Source of the DNA: the human T2T-CHM13v2.0 reference genome, Homo sapiens
DNA length: 64,000 bases
Assembly: GCF_009914755.1 (NCBI RefSeq)
Contig: NC_060928.1
Reading direction: 5' to 3' (one strand)
The position numbers and the translations under genes are program-made. Shown piece after piece: positions 14,097 to 26,780 of this stretch. A model generated the notes under the pieces. It worked only from the letters and a program-made list of their open reading frames with translations, did no database searches and had not been told where the DNA came from. Every line of letters starts with the position of its first letter. The stretch's first letter is position 1.

Positions 14097-14337
14097 GTAT
14101 AGCATAGCCCATTTTGTCAAGGCAAGTGACCTGGAGTATAAATGCCTGCTGTTCAAGTCCTGGCTCAGCCACTCATTCATTGAATGACTTTGGTCAAGCT
14201 ACTTAAATCTGGACTTCACTTTCCTCATCTGTAAAATGGGGATAATTATAGTACCTGTCACATAGTTTGTTGTGAGGTTAAGAGTTAATACATGTCAATC
14301 ATTAAGAATAGTTACCAGAACAAAGTAAGCATATTTG
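14097..14337 (+). mobile_element. MIR SINE, near full length
   Basis: Core ttcctcatctgtaaaatggggataattatagtacct...ttgttgtgagg. Confidence 0.9.
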
Positions 14338-15409
14338 TTTAAAAAGTATATAAAATGTATATCAAAACTACTTGAAAGGAAACCAGGTAGTTCAATACTT
14401 TGCAAATATTATGTTAGAAACATTGATACTGCTTGATAATTTACTGAAAGTATCATGTATATTCAACTGTGCTTGCGGTTATTTTGAAACCAGAAATTGA
14501 CATTTTAAAAAACTATCTATTATTTTGAATTTCTGCTACAACATGTGATTAAGAGAATGTTCTTAAATAACAGGACATACCATTTCTATCCATAGATAAA
14601 TTTCCATGGAAGACTAATGCTAAGTTTGGAAATTTCAAACTACTTGAGGCAATTTTTACTTTTCTTCTGGTAGATTACATGATAAAGTACATGTATATAA
14701 ATAATCTACGATATAAAGATACTTAAAAACACAGTAGCTTCTAAAATCTGCTAATTAATTGGATTTAAATGATGAATTTGTCACAGTTCCATTGGATGAT
14801 GAGATAATGTGTAACAGGAAATGGATTTTCAGCCTACGCCATGACTAATTTTTTGTAGCTTTTACAGTGCTTATTATTTTTATTTTATTGGATTGCTTAG
14901 AGCATATCAACTTGTCAAAATCAATGCAATGGAATGCTTATCCAAATCTTCATAGCTTCAGCATTATTGCTGGACTATATACTAATGTAAATTAAACAGG
15001 AAAAACAAAATAACAATTGCTATTTGTTATTTCTAACTTTTAAAAATAAGTACAATTTCTTTGCAATGTATAGTTTGCCTGTAAATAACTATCAAAATTG
15101 TAAGTACTTTAGGGTCAATCGTTCTCTATTCTTAACTTTGGAAAACATATTCTAACTTGGGTTTACATTTATTTAATATACTTGAAGTTGGGCCTTTGTT
15201 ATTCTGGCAGTCACTTAAAGTTTCACATAAACGGGTGCCTACTCCTGGATCAAGGGATATAAAATGTCATCAAATTCTAGGCACAGAAAATTACAAGGCA
15301 TAGGAGGCTATGCTTAGAGTCTGTCAGGTGAGTCATAGACACCAATGTGTCTCAGCGTATCTCAGTTTTTACTGTAGGGAATTACTTTGATTTACAGTAT
15401 TTTTTAAAA

Positions 15410-15812
15410 AGTATTTATTTATTTAGGTCAGTTTTAGTTTCACCAGGAAATTGAGAGGGAGGCACAGAAATTTTTCACATACCCTCTGCCCTCACACATG
15501 CATAGACTCCATCATTATCAACATCCTTACCAGAGTCGTACATTTGTTACAATTTGATTAAACCTACATTGAAACATTATTATCACCTAAAGTCCATAGT
15601 TTACATTAAGGGTCATTCTGGGTGTATGCATTCTATGGGTTTGAACAAATGTATAATGACATGTATCCACAATTATGGTATCATATAGAGTATGTTCAAT
15701 GCCCTAAAAATCTGTGTTCCAAATACTTATCTATCTCTCCCCTCTGATGCCTGGAAACCATTAATTTTTAATTATAGCAATGGTTTTGCCTTTTCCAGAA
15801 AATCACATACAG
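15410..15812 (-). mobile_element. L1MC1/2-like 3' end
   Basis: cataccctctgccctcacacatgcatag...tatcacctaaagtccatagtttacattaaggg. Confidence 0.85.
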
Positions 15813-16120
15813 TTTGTTTTTTGGGTTTTTTTTTGTTTTTTTTTGTTTTTGAGACAAAGTCTCGCTCTGTCACCCAGGCTGGAGTGCAGTGGCGCGATCT
15901 CGGCTCACTGCAACCTCCGCCTCCCAGGTTCAAGCAATTCCTTGCCTCAGCCTCGTGCATAGCTGGGATTACAGGCACATGCCGCCATGCCCAGCTAATT
16001 TTTGTATTAGTAGAGATGGAGTTTCACCATCTTGGCCAGGCCGGTCTTGAACTCCTGACCTCGTGATCCACCCGCCTCGGCTTCCCAAAGTGCTGGGATT
16101 ACAGGCGTGAGCCATCGCCT
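15813..16120 (-). mobile_element. AluS (AluSg-like)
   Basis: Dimeric Alu with T-rich tail on the left; gacctcgtgatcc variant; last few 5' bases missing; no TSD. Confidence 0.95.
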
Positions 16121-17870
16121 GTATATTCTGTCTAGGTATTTACAGATTTACTGTATATTCTGTCTAGGTATTACACTTAAATAAATTAAAAAACAAAAAG
16201 GTGAGGCCCAGAAAAGAAATGCCAATAGATTTATCTACAATGTTTTCATTAAAGGCTCAAAGATGTAGGTTATTTGCAGCAGAAAAGAGTCCTGTCATCC
16301 CTCCATCTCTTTCCATTCAGCTTCCCTTATTAGCTTGCTAATAGGGCCCAAGGAGATAGAGTCATGAAAGGAGACAAAATTTGCATAGTAGAGGCAGTTA
16401 CACTAGGTGTTTAGGGCCCTCTGGGTGAAGAGGGACAACTGCTGACCCTTTCACTTTAGGGGGCTTGTGTTGGCTCTGTGGAGGCTCCCTTAGGTGGAAC
16501 TCTTCCACTGTGATTCCCAGTGATACAGAAAATGCATATCTTCTATCAGCAACTTTCCCTGATTTTCCCATTGTCTGCTTTACAGCATATTCTAATAGAA
16601 TACCTCAGCCCCATAAACACTCTCCTTATGCAAAAATTAAAGTAGCTTTTAGCTACTTCTTGACCAAGTGCTTCACAATGGGTCTACGGGAAACAAGTTA
16701 CTCAGCCTTTGTCATCAGATTGGAGTGCAGTTACTTTTTGGGTGTTGCCCTACACCCAGCTGCCACGGACATGACACCCTCATTTGTTGACCCAAGAAAT
16801 GTTGTGAGTGAAGGTCAATACCAGCCAGAGGCAAACTCTCCCTTGCCATCGCAGCCACGGTCTTGCATGTTTAGATTATTTAGTATACCAGACTAATCAC
16901 CTCCTCAAATCAAGTGCTGGTTGGTTCTTTTGAGGCTTCCTCATCTAACTTGTAGTAGATCAAGTAATATCATCCACCCAGGCCCTTTGACAAAAGGCTT
17001 GGCATTCATATATGGCAGCAATGCTCCAAAGGAATTTTTTCATTCAGACAGTGATAGGCTCAGTGATAAATGTGTCATATTCTCTGTGGCTTAATACAAT
17101 GTATCCAATTTTTTTCTACCACATCTGATGCAAAGCAGATAGTTCTTTTTGGCTCTACTCTGATAACCCCAAATCCAGGCCTTTTCCATCATAGCAGAAT
17201 CATGCAGTCTTCAAAATTATGGTAGAAGAGAAGACAGGATCACACTGTTTGTTTGTAAGGCCAGTGTCTGCAAGTAGCTTAAATACCCTCCACCTCCATT
17301 AAATTAATTTTGTTAGCCAATACTCAGTCTTACACCCCCTGACATAATTTGGGAGGTTATGCCTTATTCATATTCCTGGGGAAAGACATTATGCAGTGAA
17401 TACATAGCATTGCTTCTGCCACAGAAACTCCTTCACTCTTCGTATCTCCTTATACCCTTTCAATAGAAGTTCCTGAAAGAGTAAATAACTCCTATGATGC
17501 TGGTTTTTGGATACATCCTTTGAAAATATGCTTTTTAGTCTAGCTCCTTGCTTTGATATCTGATATCCATTATCACCTTGGAATCTCAGACAAAATAGAA
17601 ACAGGATTAGTCTTATTTTAGTATTTCATTTAGATTTCCTACTTAGGTGATTTAACAAATATTGAGCAAAAACTGCTTCAGAGCTGGAGAATACGTATCT
17701 TCCAATTTATAAAACAATTCTGCCTGATAAATTTTGCTACATGAATGTTAATAGTGTAGAAATCATCAATATATAAAAGCATCTCAAAGGTACCTGAGTC
17801 ATCTGTTCTGTATGTTTATTGTGTAGACTAAATATATCAGAGACTTCAGTTTCAGTACAAAAAATATATA

Positions 17871-20264
17871 GAGGCATACCTCAGAAACATTGTAGGTTCA
17901 GTTCCAGACCACCACGATAAGGTAAATATTGTGATAAAGTAATTCACATGAACGTTTGTTTTCCTAGTACATATAAAAATTATGTTTATACTATAGTGTA
18001 AATACATTATTGTTTGTATTTAGACTATAATAAATGTATGAATAATATACAGAATACATTTCATGTCATACTTATAATATTGTTTGTAATGTCTATACAA
18101 AATACATTAAAATTACTCTATTGCTAAAGTAATTCTAATCATCTGAGCTTTCAGTGAGTCGCAATCTTTTTGCTGGTGGGGGGTCCTGTCTCAGTGTTGA
18201 TGGTTGCTGACTAATCAGGGTTGTGGTTGCTGACAGTTGGGGTGGCTGTGGCAATTTCTTAAAATAATACAGTAATGAAATTTGCCACATTTATTGACTC
18301 TTCCTTTCATGAAAGATTTTATGGAGGATGTGAGGCTGTGTGATAGCATTTTACCCACAGTAGAACTTTCCAAATTGGAGTCAATCCTCTCAAATCCTGC
18401 CACTGCTTCATTAACTAAGTTTATGTAATGTGCTAAGTCATTTATTGTCATTTCAACAGTGTTCACAGCATTTTCACCATGAGTAGATTCCATCTTAAGA
18501 AATAACTTTCTTTTTTCATCCTTAAGAAGCAACTCCTTATTGTTAAAGTTTTATCATGAGTTGTGGCACTTGAGTCACATTGTCAGACTCTATTTCCAAT
18601 TTTTGTTCTCTATTTCCACCATATCTACAGTTAATTTCCCCACAGCAGTCTTGAACTTCTCGTAATTATCCATGAGAGGTGGAATCAACTTCTTCCAAAC
18701 TCTTGCTAATGTTGATATTTTGACTTTCTCCCATGCACTGTGAATGTTAATAGCACCAAGAATGGTGAATTCTTTCTAGAAGGCTTCCAATTACTTTGCC
18801 CAGATCTATCAGAAGAATCAGTAGTTGTGGCAGCTATAGCCTTATGAAATGTATTTTTTTAATAATAAGACTTGAAAGTCAAAATTACTCCCTGATGCAT
18901 GGACTGCAGAACGGATGCAGACCAAATCACACAAGAGCTCCATCAGAGCTCCATCAGAGCTCTTATGTGATTTAGGTGCATTCTCAGTGAGCAGTAATAT
19001 TTTGAAAGCTATCTTCTCTCTAATCAGTAGGTCTCAACAGTGGCCTTAATATATTCATTAAATCATGGTGTAAACAGATGTGCTATCATCTGGGCTTTCT
19101 TGTTCCAGTTATAGAGCATAGGCAGAGTAGATTTAGGAAAATTCTGAAGGCCTGGGATTTTTGGAATGGTAAATGAGCATTGACTTCAAGTAAAAGTCAC
19201 AAGCTGCATTAGCCCCTAACAAGAGAGTTCCTCTGTCCTGAAGCCAGGCATTGATTTTTCCTGTCTAGCTGTGAAAGTCTTAGATGGTATCATTTTATAA
19301 TGAATGTAAGATTGTTTCATGTACATCAAAAATCTGTTGTTTAGTTTAGCTAACTTCTTCAATTATCTGAAGTATACTTGGTAAGTAACTGCTGAAGTTC
19401 CTACATCAGCACTTGTTGCTTCATCTTGCACTTTTATGTTACTAGAGATGGCTTTTTTATTCTTAAGTCTCATAAACTCACCTCTCTTAGCTTCAAACTT
19501 GATGGGAATTAGGCTCATGCTGTAGATTAGGTTTTGGCTTAAGAGAATGTCATAGGTGGTTTGATCTTTTATCCAGTCTATTAAAACTTTCTCCATATCA
19601 GCAAAAGGGCTGTTCACATTCTTATCATTAGTGTGTTAACTAAAGTAGCATCTGGAATTTTCTCCGAAAGCTTCTTTTGTTTCACAAGTTGGGTAAGTGG
19701 TGCAAGAGGCCTAGCTTTTGGCCTATGTCAGCTTTCAACTTGCCTTTCTCATTAGACTTAACCTTTTCTAGCTTTTGATTTAAAGTGAGAGACATGCAAC
19801 ACTTACTTTCACTTGAACACATAGAGGCCATTGTAGGGTTACTAATTGTCCTAATTTCAACATTGCTGTGTCTCAGGGAATAGGGAGGCCTAATGAGAGA
19901 AAGATAGATGGGGAAATTACCTGTCACTGGAGTAGTCGGGACATGCACAACATTAACAGAATACATTTACTGTCTCATATGGGCATGACTCATGGTGCCT
20001 CTAAACAATTACAACAGTGACATTCAAGATCAGTGATCACCATAACAGAATAATAATTTAAAAAGTTTGAAATATTGCAAGAATTACTAAAATGTGACAC
20101 AGGGATACAAATTGAGCACATATTGGAAAAAATGGTGCCAATAGAAGATCAATGCAAGGTTACCATAAAGCTTCAATTGGTTAAGAAAGAAAGAAAGAAA
20201 GAAAGAAAGAAACCAATATCTGAAACACATTAAAGCAAAGCACAATAAAATGGGGGTATTCCTG
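17871..20264 (-). mobile_element. Full-length Tigger1 DNA transposon (TcMar-Tigger), decayed transposase
   Basis: TIR-like ends (g)aggcatacctc and gggtattcctg, each flanked by TA; ORF pieces MASMCSSESK..SLTLNQKLE, ADMEKVLIDWIKDQT and AGFERIDSN match the Tigger1/TIGD1 transposase. Confidence 0.95.
20183..20212. repeat. (GAAA)n microsatellite inside Tigger1
   Basis: About 7 GAAA units. Confidence 0.9.
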
Positions 20265-20610
20265 TAAATAGTAAGATTTTACTGATGAAATATTAAGACA
20301 TTTGAAAATGCTGTTGGAAATGTTTTCAATCTTTCCTGAAAATTCAAAGTAAAAGAAAATATTATTCTAGAAATGTTTTTCAAACTATTAAAGCAGATAA
20401 AGGCAGAATGGAGCAGTTGAAAGGCATATGTGTGGTTGTCTTGAGCCTACCCTTATATTTTTCTTGGTTCTGAAGTAATTTGAGCAAACTTAGAGCTCCA
20501 ACAAAGCAGTTTGAGATATCCTGTTATTTATGGTTTTGAATACAAGTACATTAGTGTGATGAACTGGAAAAGAAGAGTTAAGATGTATTTAGTGCTAATT
20601 ATACGTACAA

Positions 20611-20912
<302 letters not shown>

Positions 20913-21090
20913 GTGTACTAAATTTTTACACATGGTACCATATTTAATCTACACCTCCATTAATTAAGTACTATAATTATACAATTGAAAAATGAGTAAA
21001 CTGAAGATGTGAGTAGATAAATTATTTGCCTTAGATGTGAACCCAGGCACTCCAACTCCAAAGCCTACTTTTTAGCCATTTTGTTATGTG
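20913..21090 (-). mobile_element. MIR remnant
   Basis: aaatgagtaaactgaag...tgaacccaggcactccaactccaaagcc. Confidence 0.6.
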
Positions 21091-22484
21091 ATGTTTCTCT
21101 TAATTCATTTGACATTGATAATACTATAAATCTCAGAAAAAGAAATATCTAAATAAAAATTTCATAGCCTCAAAGGAGAGAAACTTTATGTAATACTCTG
21201 TGGTTTATATTCTGCTTTTATATGCACATATCTTAGCTAATTTGAACCTCACAAGAATCCCATGAGATTGAATTTTTTATTTTCACCAGACCAACAAGAT
21301 CTGATGGAAACACTAGAGCTTATCTAAAAGTAAGTTTCTCTTACTTTGTGATTCTGCCTCCACAAACATTCACTCACCTGATAAAAAAACAGAAGGGAAA
21401 AATATGATGCTATTCTCACTGCTAAAACATAAGCTTAGAAGGTAGAATTGCATAGCAGATTGATATAAATGGGATTCCAAATAGGTTTTCTAATTTGAAC
21501 TTTTTGAGTGCTGAGAGTCTGAGTTTCCTACATCTTTTATATTTTTCTACTCCAAATAGCTATGGATTTCCCAAAGTTAGAACTTTCTGCAATTCATTTA
21601 TAAGGCCAGACTTTGATGATAGAGGACTGCTGTAGCCTTACGTATATTGGCTGGCTGCTTCAGGAAAGTAGAAGTATACAGGATTATTCTAGAGATAAGA
21701 AACCTTCTCATGATTGTTAACTCGTACATAACAGAAAACAAAGCTTATCTACCATCCAAATCATATACACCTAGTGAAATGCCAAGGCAAAGCTTCACAC
21801 TGAGCCTGATTACATCAAAGTTCCTGGTCAATCAAGTCCCTACTCTTTCTCCAGCTCACTAATTCATACTAACAATCAGAAAGCAAGGAATTGCATTCAG
21901 CATTTAATCTTTATTGGTACATAACTTTGAGTGAATGCTTGCCATTTTAAACATCACCTTGTTTATTTGTGAAATGAAAATAATTCTCTTTACATCACAA
22001 TGTTTCAGTCATCAATTTATGTATCATCTAATACCTTATTAAGTATATTTAATACTTATACAATATTACATGATTACATAATCTCTCTCTGTGTATGTAC
22101 ACACACATATCCTGAAATCACTGGCTTTGACATGTGTACCAATTATCTCAACAAATTAAGTATATTACAGTAATTCTATTTCTGGAAAAAAGCTTACTTA
22201 ATATGATCTTTCTATACCATATTTCTATTATTCTAGTATAAACACAACCTTGTTTGCATGTTAGATTCTCCTGTGGAGCTTCAACCAAGACTTAGTAAAT
22301 CAACATTTTCACAGATAAAGTTCAGGTTTATATATTTTTATAAAGACTTATAGATAATTCACATATCCCAAAAGGAATGAGTACATCACCATTATGCCAA
22401 TGAGTGACATAGCTCTGGGTTCTGAGGCAGGGCTACTCCACTTCACAAAGCAAGTAAAAAATTTCTGGGTTCAGTGTCTTTAGT

Positions 22485-22755
22485 TGTATTTTTTGTAGGT
22501 ACATGGTAGGTTTATATATTTATGAGGTAGTTGAAATATTTTGATTTAGGGATGCAATGTGTAAGAATCACATCATGGGAAATGGGATATCCATCCTTTC
22601 AAGAATTTATCTTCTGAAACCATCAAATTATATACTTCTAGTGATTTTAAAATGTACAATTAAATTATTATTGACTATAGACACCTGTTGTGCTATCAAA
22701 TACTAGGTTTTATTTATTCTTTCTAATGATTTTTTGTAACCATTAACCATCCCAA
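22485..22755 (-). mobile_element. L1MA 3' end, cut by the ERV insertion
   Basis: gtaggtacatggtaggtttatatatttatgagg...aaaatgtacaattaaattattattgactatag. Confidence 0.85.
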
Positions 22756-23373
22756 TGGTGCAGGAGTTGAGAAGAAATCACTTAGGCAGACAGTAAGGGT
22801 ATAGGATTCCTTGGTAAGGCTTCTCTTTTTCATAAAAAGCAGCCCCAAATCATTTTCTAACAAAGAGCAGCCTATAAAGTCAATCTGCAGACATAGACAA
22901 ACAAGCTGGGAGCTTGCACGTGTGAATGCTGGCAGGAACTAGGGACTAGACATGTTCAAGAAGGCGGCTCCATCTTCCTTTCTGTTTGTCAGCCACATGT
23001 ACTGTAAGGAGCAGACAAGATGGCACCGATCAACTGGAAAGCCCATTTGCATAATACTAGGGTGGGGTAACCAGCCTTCCCTGTGCACTATGTAAACATC
23101 ATACCTGATCCAACCAACTGTGAGCATACACATACATAGGGTAAATCAGACACCGCCTCCTCAAACTGGACTATAAAATCTGGTGCATTTGCCACCAGCT
23201 GCTCCTTTCTGCTCAGAGACCCCTTTCTCTATAGAGAGAGCTGTTTCTCTTTCTCTTCTTTTCTGCCTATTAAACCTCCACTCCTAAACTACTCTTGTCT
23301 GTCTGTGTCTTAAATTTTCCTGGCGCATGACAATGAATCCCAGGTATATGCCCCAGACAATATTGCTGCTTCA
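22756..23373 (+). mobile_element. ERV1 5' LTR (LTR9-like), ~618 bp, TG...CA ends
   Basis: aaaaagcagccccaaatcattttctaacaaagagcagcct...gcagacatagac; TATAAAA 23172-23178; ATTAAA 23269-23274; PBS directly downstream. Confidence 0.85.
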
Positions 23374-23376
23374 TAA

Positions 23377-23395
23377 TGGGAACCTCGTTCGGGAT
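23377..23395 (+). promoter_or_regulatory. Degenerate tRNA-Pro primer-binding site
   Basis: tgggaacctcgttcgggat versus Pro PBS TGGGGGCTCGTCCGGGAT, 3 nt after the LTR end. Confidence 0.75.
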
Positions 23396-24010
23396 ACCAA
23401 GGTACAACATTCATCAAAACGGTGAGTAGAGGAGCAAACTCAAACTCTGTCCTTTCATTCTGAGGCTCTTGGCCTCCATTTTAGAACCAAATCAAACCAA
23501 ATGCTGGGTTCCCTTCAGCCATTTAAAAATGATTAGCACGGCTGCTAGCCTTACAAGACTTGGGGGATAGACTTGCTATAGAGAGCATGGAGAATCCCCC
23601 AGCACCCATGGGTGGCTGGGCATATTGGCCATGTTTAAACCAGCTTCCTTACACAAGGGGCTTAGCTGTCATGTGGGGCTGGAAGAAGTCCTGAGACAAC
23701 TGAGGATTTCTGGCTGGGGCTACCTCCCACTGTTATCCAAGGGCTTCTGGACTGACCCCAGCCTCTGACTGTCCTGATGGAGTGTCGGCCACAGGATCTC
23801 CAAATTTGCTATTGTAATTTCCTCCTTTCCTGTCTGTGACCATCCGTATCTCTTAACTTCTCTGTTTATGCAATGTGCGGGAAGTTTTACAGGAACGTAA
23901 TCTTGTTTGACGAGATCAGGTAATATGGTAGTAACTGGGGATATAGCTCAAGGGAAGGTGGCTTTGTGATTTTCTATGAACAGAGACCCCCCACCCAACA
24001 GTGAGTACCT

Positions 24011-24174
24011 CTCTCTGCCCTGGAGATTACATGGCATTTCCAGGTCAATCTCTGCCCTTGGTGTGGAGATCACATGGGACTTCTAGGTCACTCTCTGCCC
24101 TTGGCCTGGAGAGCACATGACATGTCAAGGTCACTCTTCCCTTGGTCTGGAGAGCATATGGCACTTCAAGGTCA
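24011..24174. repeat. ~42-bp tandem repeat, 4 copies, in the ERV leader
   Basis: ctctgcccttgg.ctggagagcacatggca.ttcaaggtca units. Confidence 0.85.
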
Positions 24175-24939
24175 ACAGTGCCACCTAGTGGAATAGGAAT
24201 CTTCTCCTTGAGGCACATTGTCGGTCCTTCAACAAAACACTCTAGCTTCCCAATTCTCTCCTCTTTTTGCACCTCTCTACTAGAAACCAGGCTTCACGCT
24301 GCTTGTGTAAATGGGAAAATTTTGATTTCAACAATTAGGGGTAAAATATCCTCCAAAGCCAAATTTTAGTCTTGATACTGTCCCATCAGCAGGAAAATGG
24401 CCATTCAGTCCCTATGTTCTTTTAACGCACCTATTACGCCTCCAGTTAGAATGGTACTTAATTAGTAGGGGAATTTTAGGTTCAGAAGTTAACCAGAACC
24501 ATTCTCTAAGGGTAAACGCTTTAGCATGGGCTGTAATAACAGATACAGAGCTCAAACCAGCACACTTCCTCCATTTAGGAGGGAAGTGCAACATTTGCCC
24601 TAATGTAACTGTCACATAGTGTCTCCCAAGATCTATTCTTAGGGGAGCCAGGCAGGTCACACAAGTCTAGAAAGTCAATGGGAAATCACAGGCAGAGGAC
24701 TAGAGCCACTTGGGTGAGTGTGACTAATCCCAACCACATAGTTCCTCTGGTTCTATGGCTGGGATCACACCTGCAACCATGAGCAGCATATTCAACAAGG
24801 TGCTGGGACCCAGAAACCACAGAGGGAAAACAGCAGGGGGTACGCCCTCACTGTCTTCCTTTCCACCCTGGGTCACACCAAAAGGAAGGAGACTAAAGGG
24901 ACTCTGTTTTCTCACTTTTCTTTATCATCTTTGGCCTGT

Positions 24940-25785
24940 ATTCCTCTGGAGTGCCTTCTGAAGCACAAAGACTCCTTTGACTCTGAAACTTTAATTTAAA
25001 AAGTGGCTTATTTTCTTTTCTCAAGGGCATGGGCTTCTCACCCTCTTGAACCATCCAGGCCTGTGAAGGGACCCTTAATTTTAATATTATCCAACAATTA
25101 GATCTTTTCTGCAGACGGGTGGGCAAATGTTCTGAGGTACCTTACGTACAGGCTTCCGTTGCTCTGCAAGACAACCCAGACCTTTGCAAGCATTGCACAA
25201 TCAACCCAGTCCTTTTAGCAATCAGATCAGGCAGGTCCAAAGGGAATGATTCCCCAAGACTAGAAAAGTAACTTCTGGGGGCACCATCTGAGGCAGCCAT
25301 CGAATGTCCCAGCCCTTCCAGTCCTTCTTATCTGGGGCCACCTCCAACCATGCTTCCAGCTATTCCACCCCCACTATCTCCAAAATATCCCACTCCCCCA
25401 CCTTTGCTCTTACCCCTACAGGAAATGCCCAATGAAGTTGCTGCCACTAGGGTTCAAGTTTCCTCCTCATTGCAGGACCTTAGGCAAATAAAGGGAGACT
25501 TAGGTCAATTTTCTAATGTCCCTGATAGGTGTACAAAAGCTTTCTGAAATTTACCTCAGATATTTGACCTCTCATGGAGGGCTGTTATGCTGCTCCTAAG
25601 CCAAACCCTAACTGCCACTGAAAAACAGGAACTCTGCAGGCAGCAGAGGATTTCAGAGATGAGCACTGTGTCTCCTATAGTAGGCAAAAAGGTAAGAGAG
25701 AAAATAGGGAAGGCAAAGAAATATGGGAAACACCATTTTCAATAGGAAGAGAGGCAGTACCTCTTGACAACCCTAATTGGAACAC
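24940..25785 (+). pseudogene. gag: Decayed gammaretrovirus-like gag (MA and N-terminal CA)
   Basis: [30 protein letters not shown] from 25065 and LPLQEMP..TRVQVSSSLQDLRQIKGDLGQFS resemble HERV-W/ERV9-type Gag; stops and frameshifts. Confidence 0.85.
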
Positions 25786-25897
25786 CCAGTATGTTCTATG
25801 GTGTTTTTCCTTTTTTCACAGTTTAAAATGGCACTTTTATAATGTTCTTCCAACCTGGGAAAAGTTAATTTCCCTGAACCTTAAAATGCATGGTTTA

Positions 25898-26216
<319 letters not shown>

Positions 26217-26357
26217 TTATAGTTGAGCTAGGGGTAAGGGAACCTAGAAGTCTGACATGACAGCAAAAGACTAAATTTTTTTGTTTGTTTTAACCAGTCA
26301 AGCTTTTGGTTTCTCTCTCCCGAACCTAGAAGCCTGACATGCCAGCAAAAGAGCGAA

Positions 26358-26359
<2 letters not shown>

Positions 26360-26412
<53 letters not shown>

Positions 26413-26417
26413 TATAT
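26360..26417. repeat. (TA)n microsatellite
   Basis: Long near-perfect TA run. Confidence 0.95.
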
Positions 26418-26780
26418 TTTTTACCAGTCAAGTTTTGGCTTCTCTCTCTTTCTATGCAAACTGGCAAAAGTGATAATAAGGATCATTATTTATATTCCCC
26501 ATAAAGTTTTAATTAATGAAAAAGATTTGTGAGGTTGGTCTTAAGCTGTAGCCAATATGGCATGCTTTGTGTGTCTTTCTGTATGGTTTTGTGAAAAGAA
26601 AGGGTCACTTAGATTAGAATGCAGGCTCAGGACCCCATAAGCCTGCTGTTCAAGCCAGTCCAACAAAATGGTCAGTAACAAACATGGCTACAGGCCTCCA
26701 TCTTGTTTCAGGTCCTTGGCAACATGACCTGTAACCACTTGGCAATACTTTGTTTTAGTCTCTGCCCTTTTACAATGGTG

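Noticed and set aside
15692-16066. Alu-derived ORFs (also at 20751, 25976, 35603-36185, 44124 and 61411-61684)
   Set aside because: Standard Alu translation artefacts.
24011-24174. CRISPR-like array
   Set aside because: Tandem units without unique spacers, inside an ERV leader in mammalian DNA, with no cas genes.
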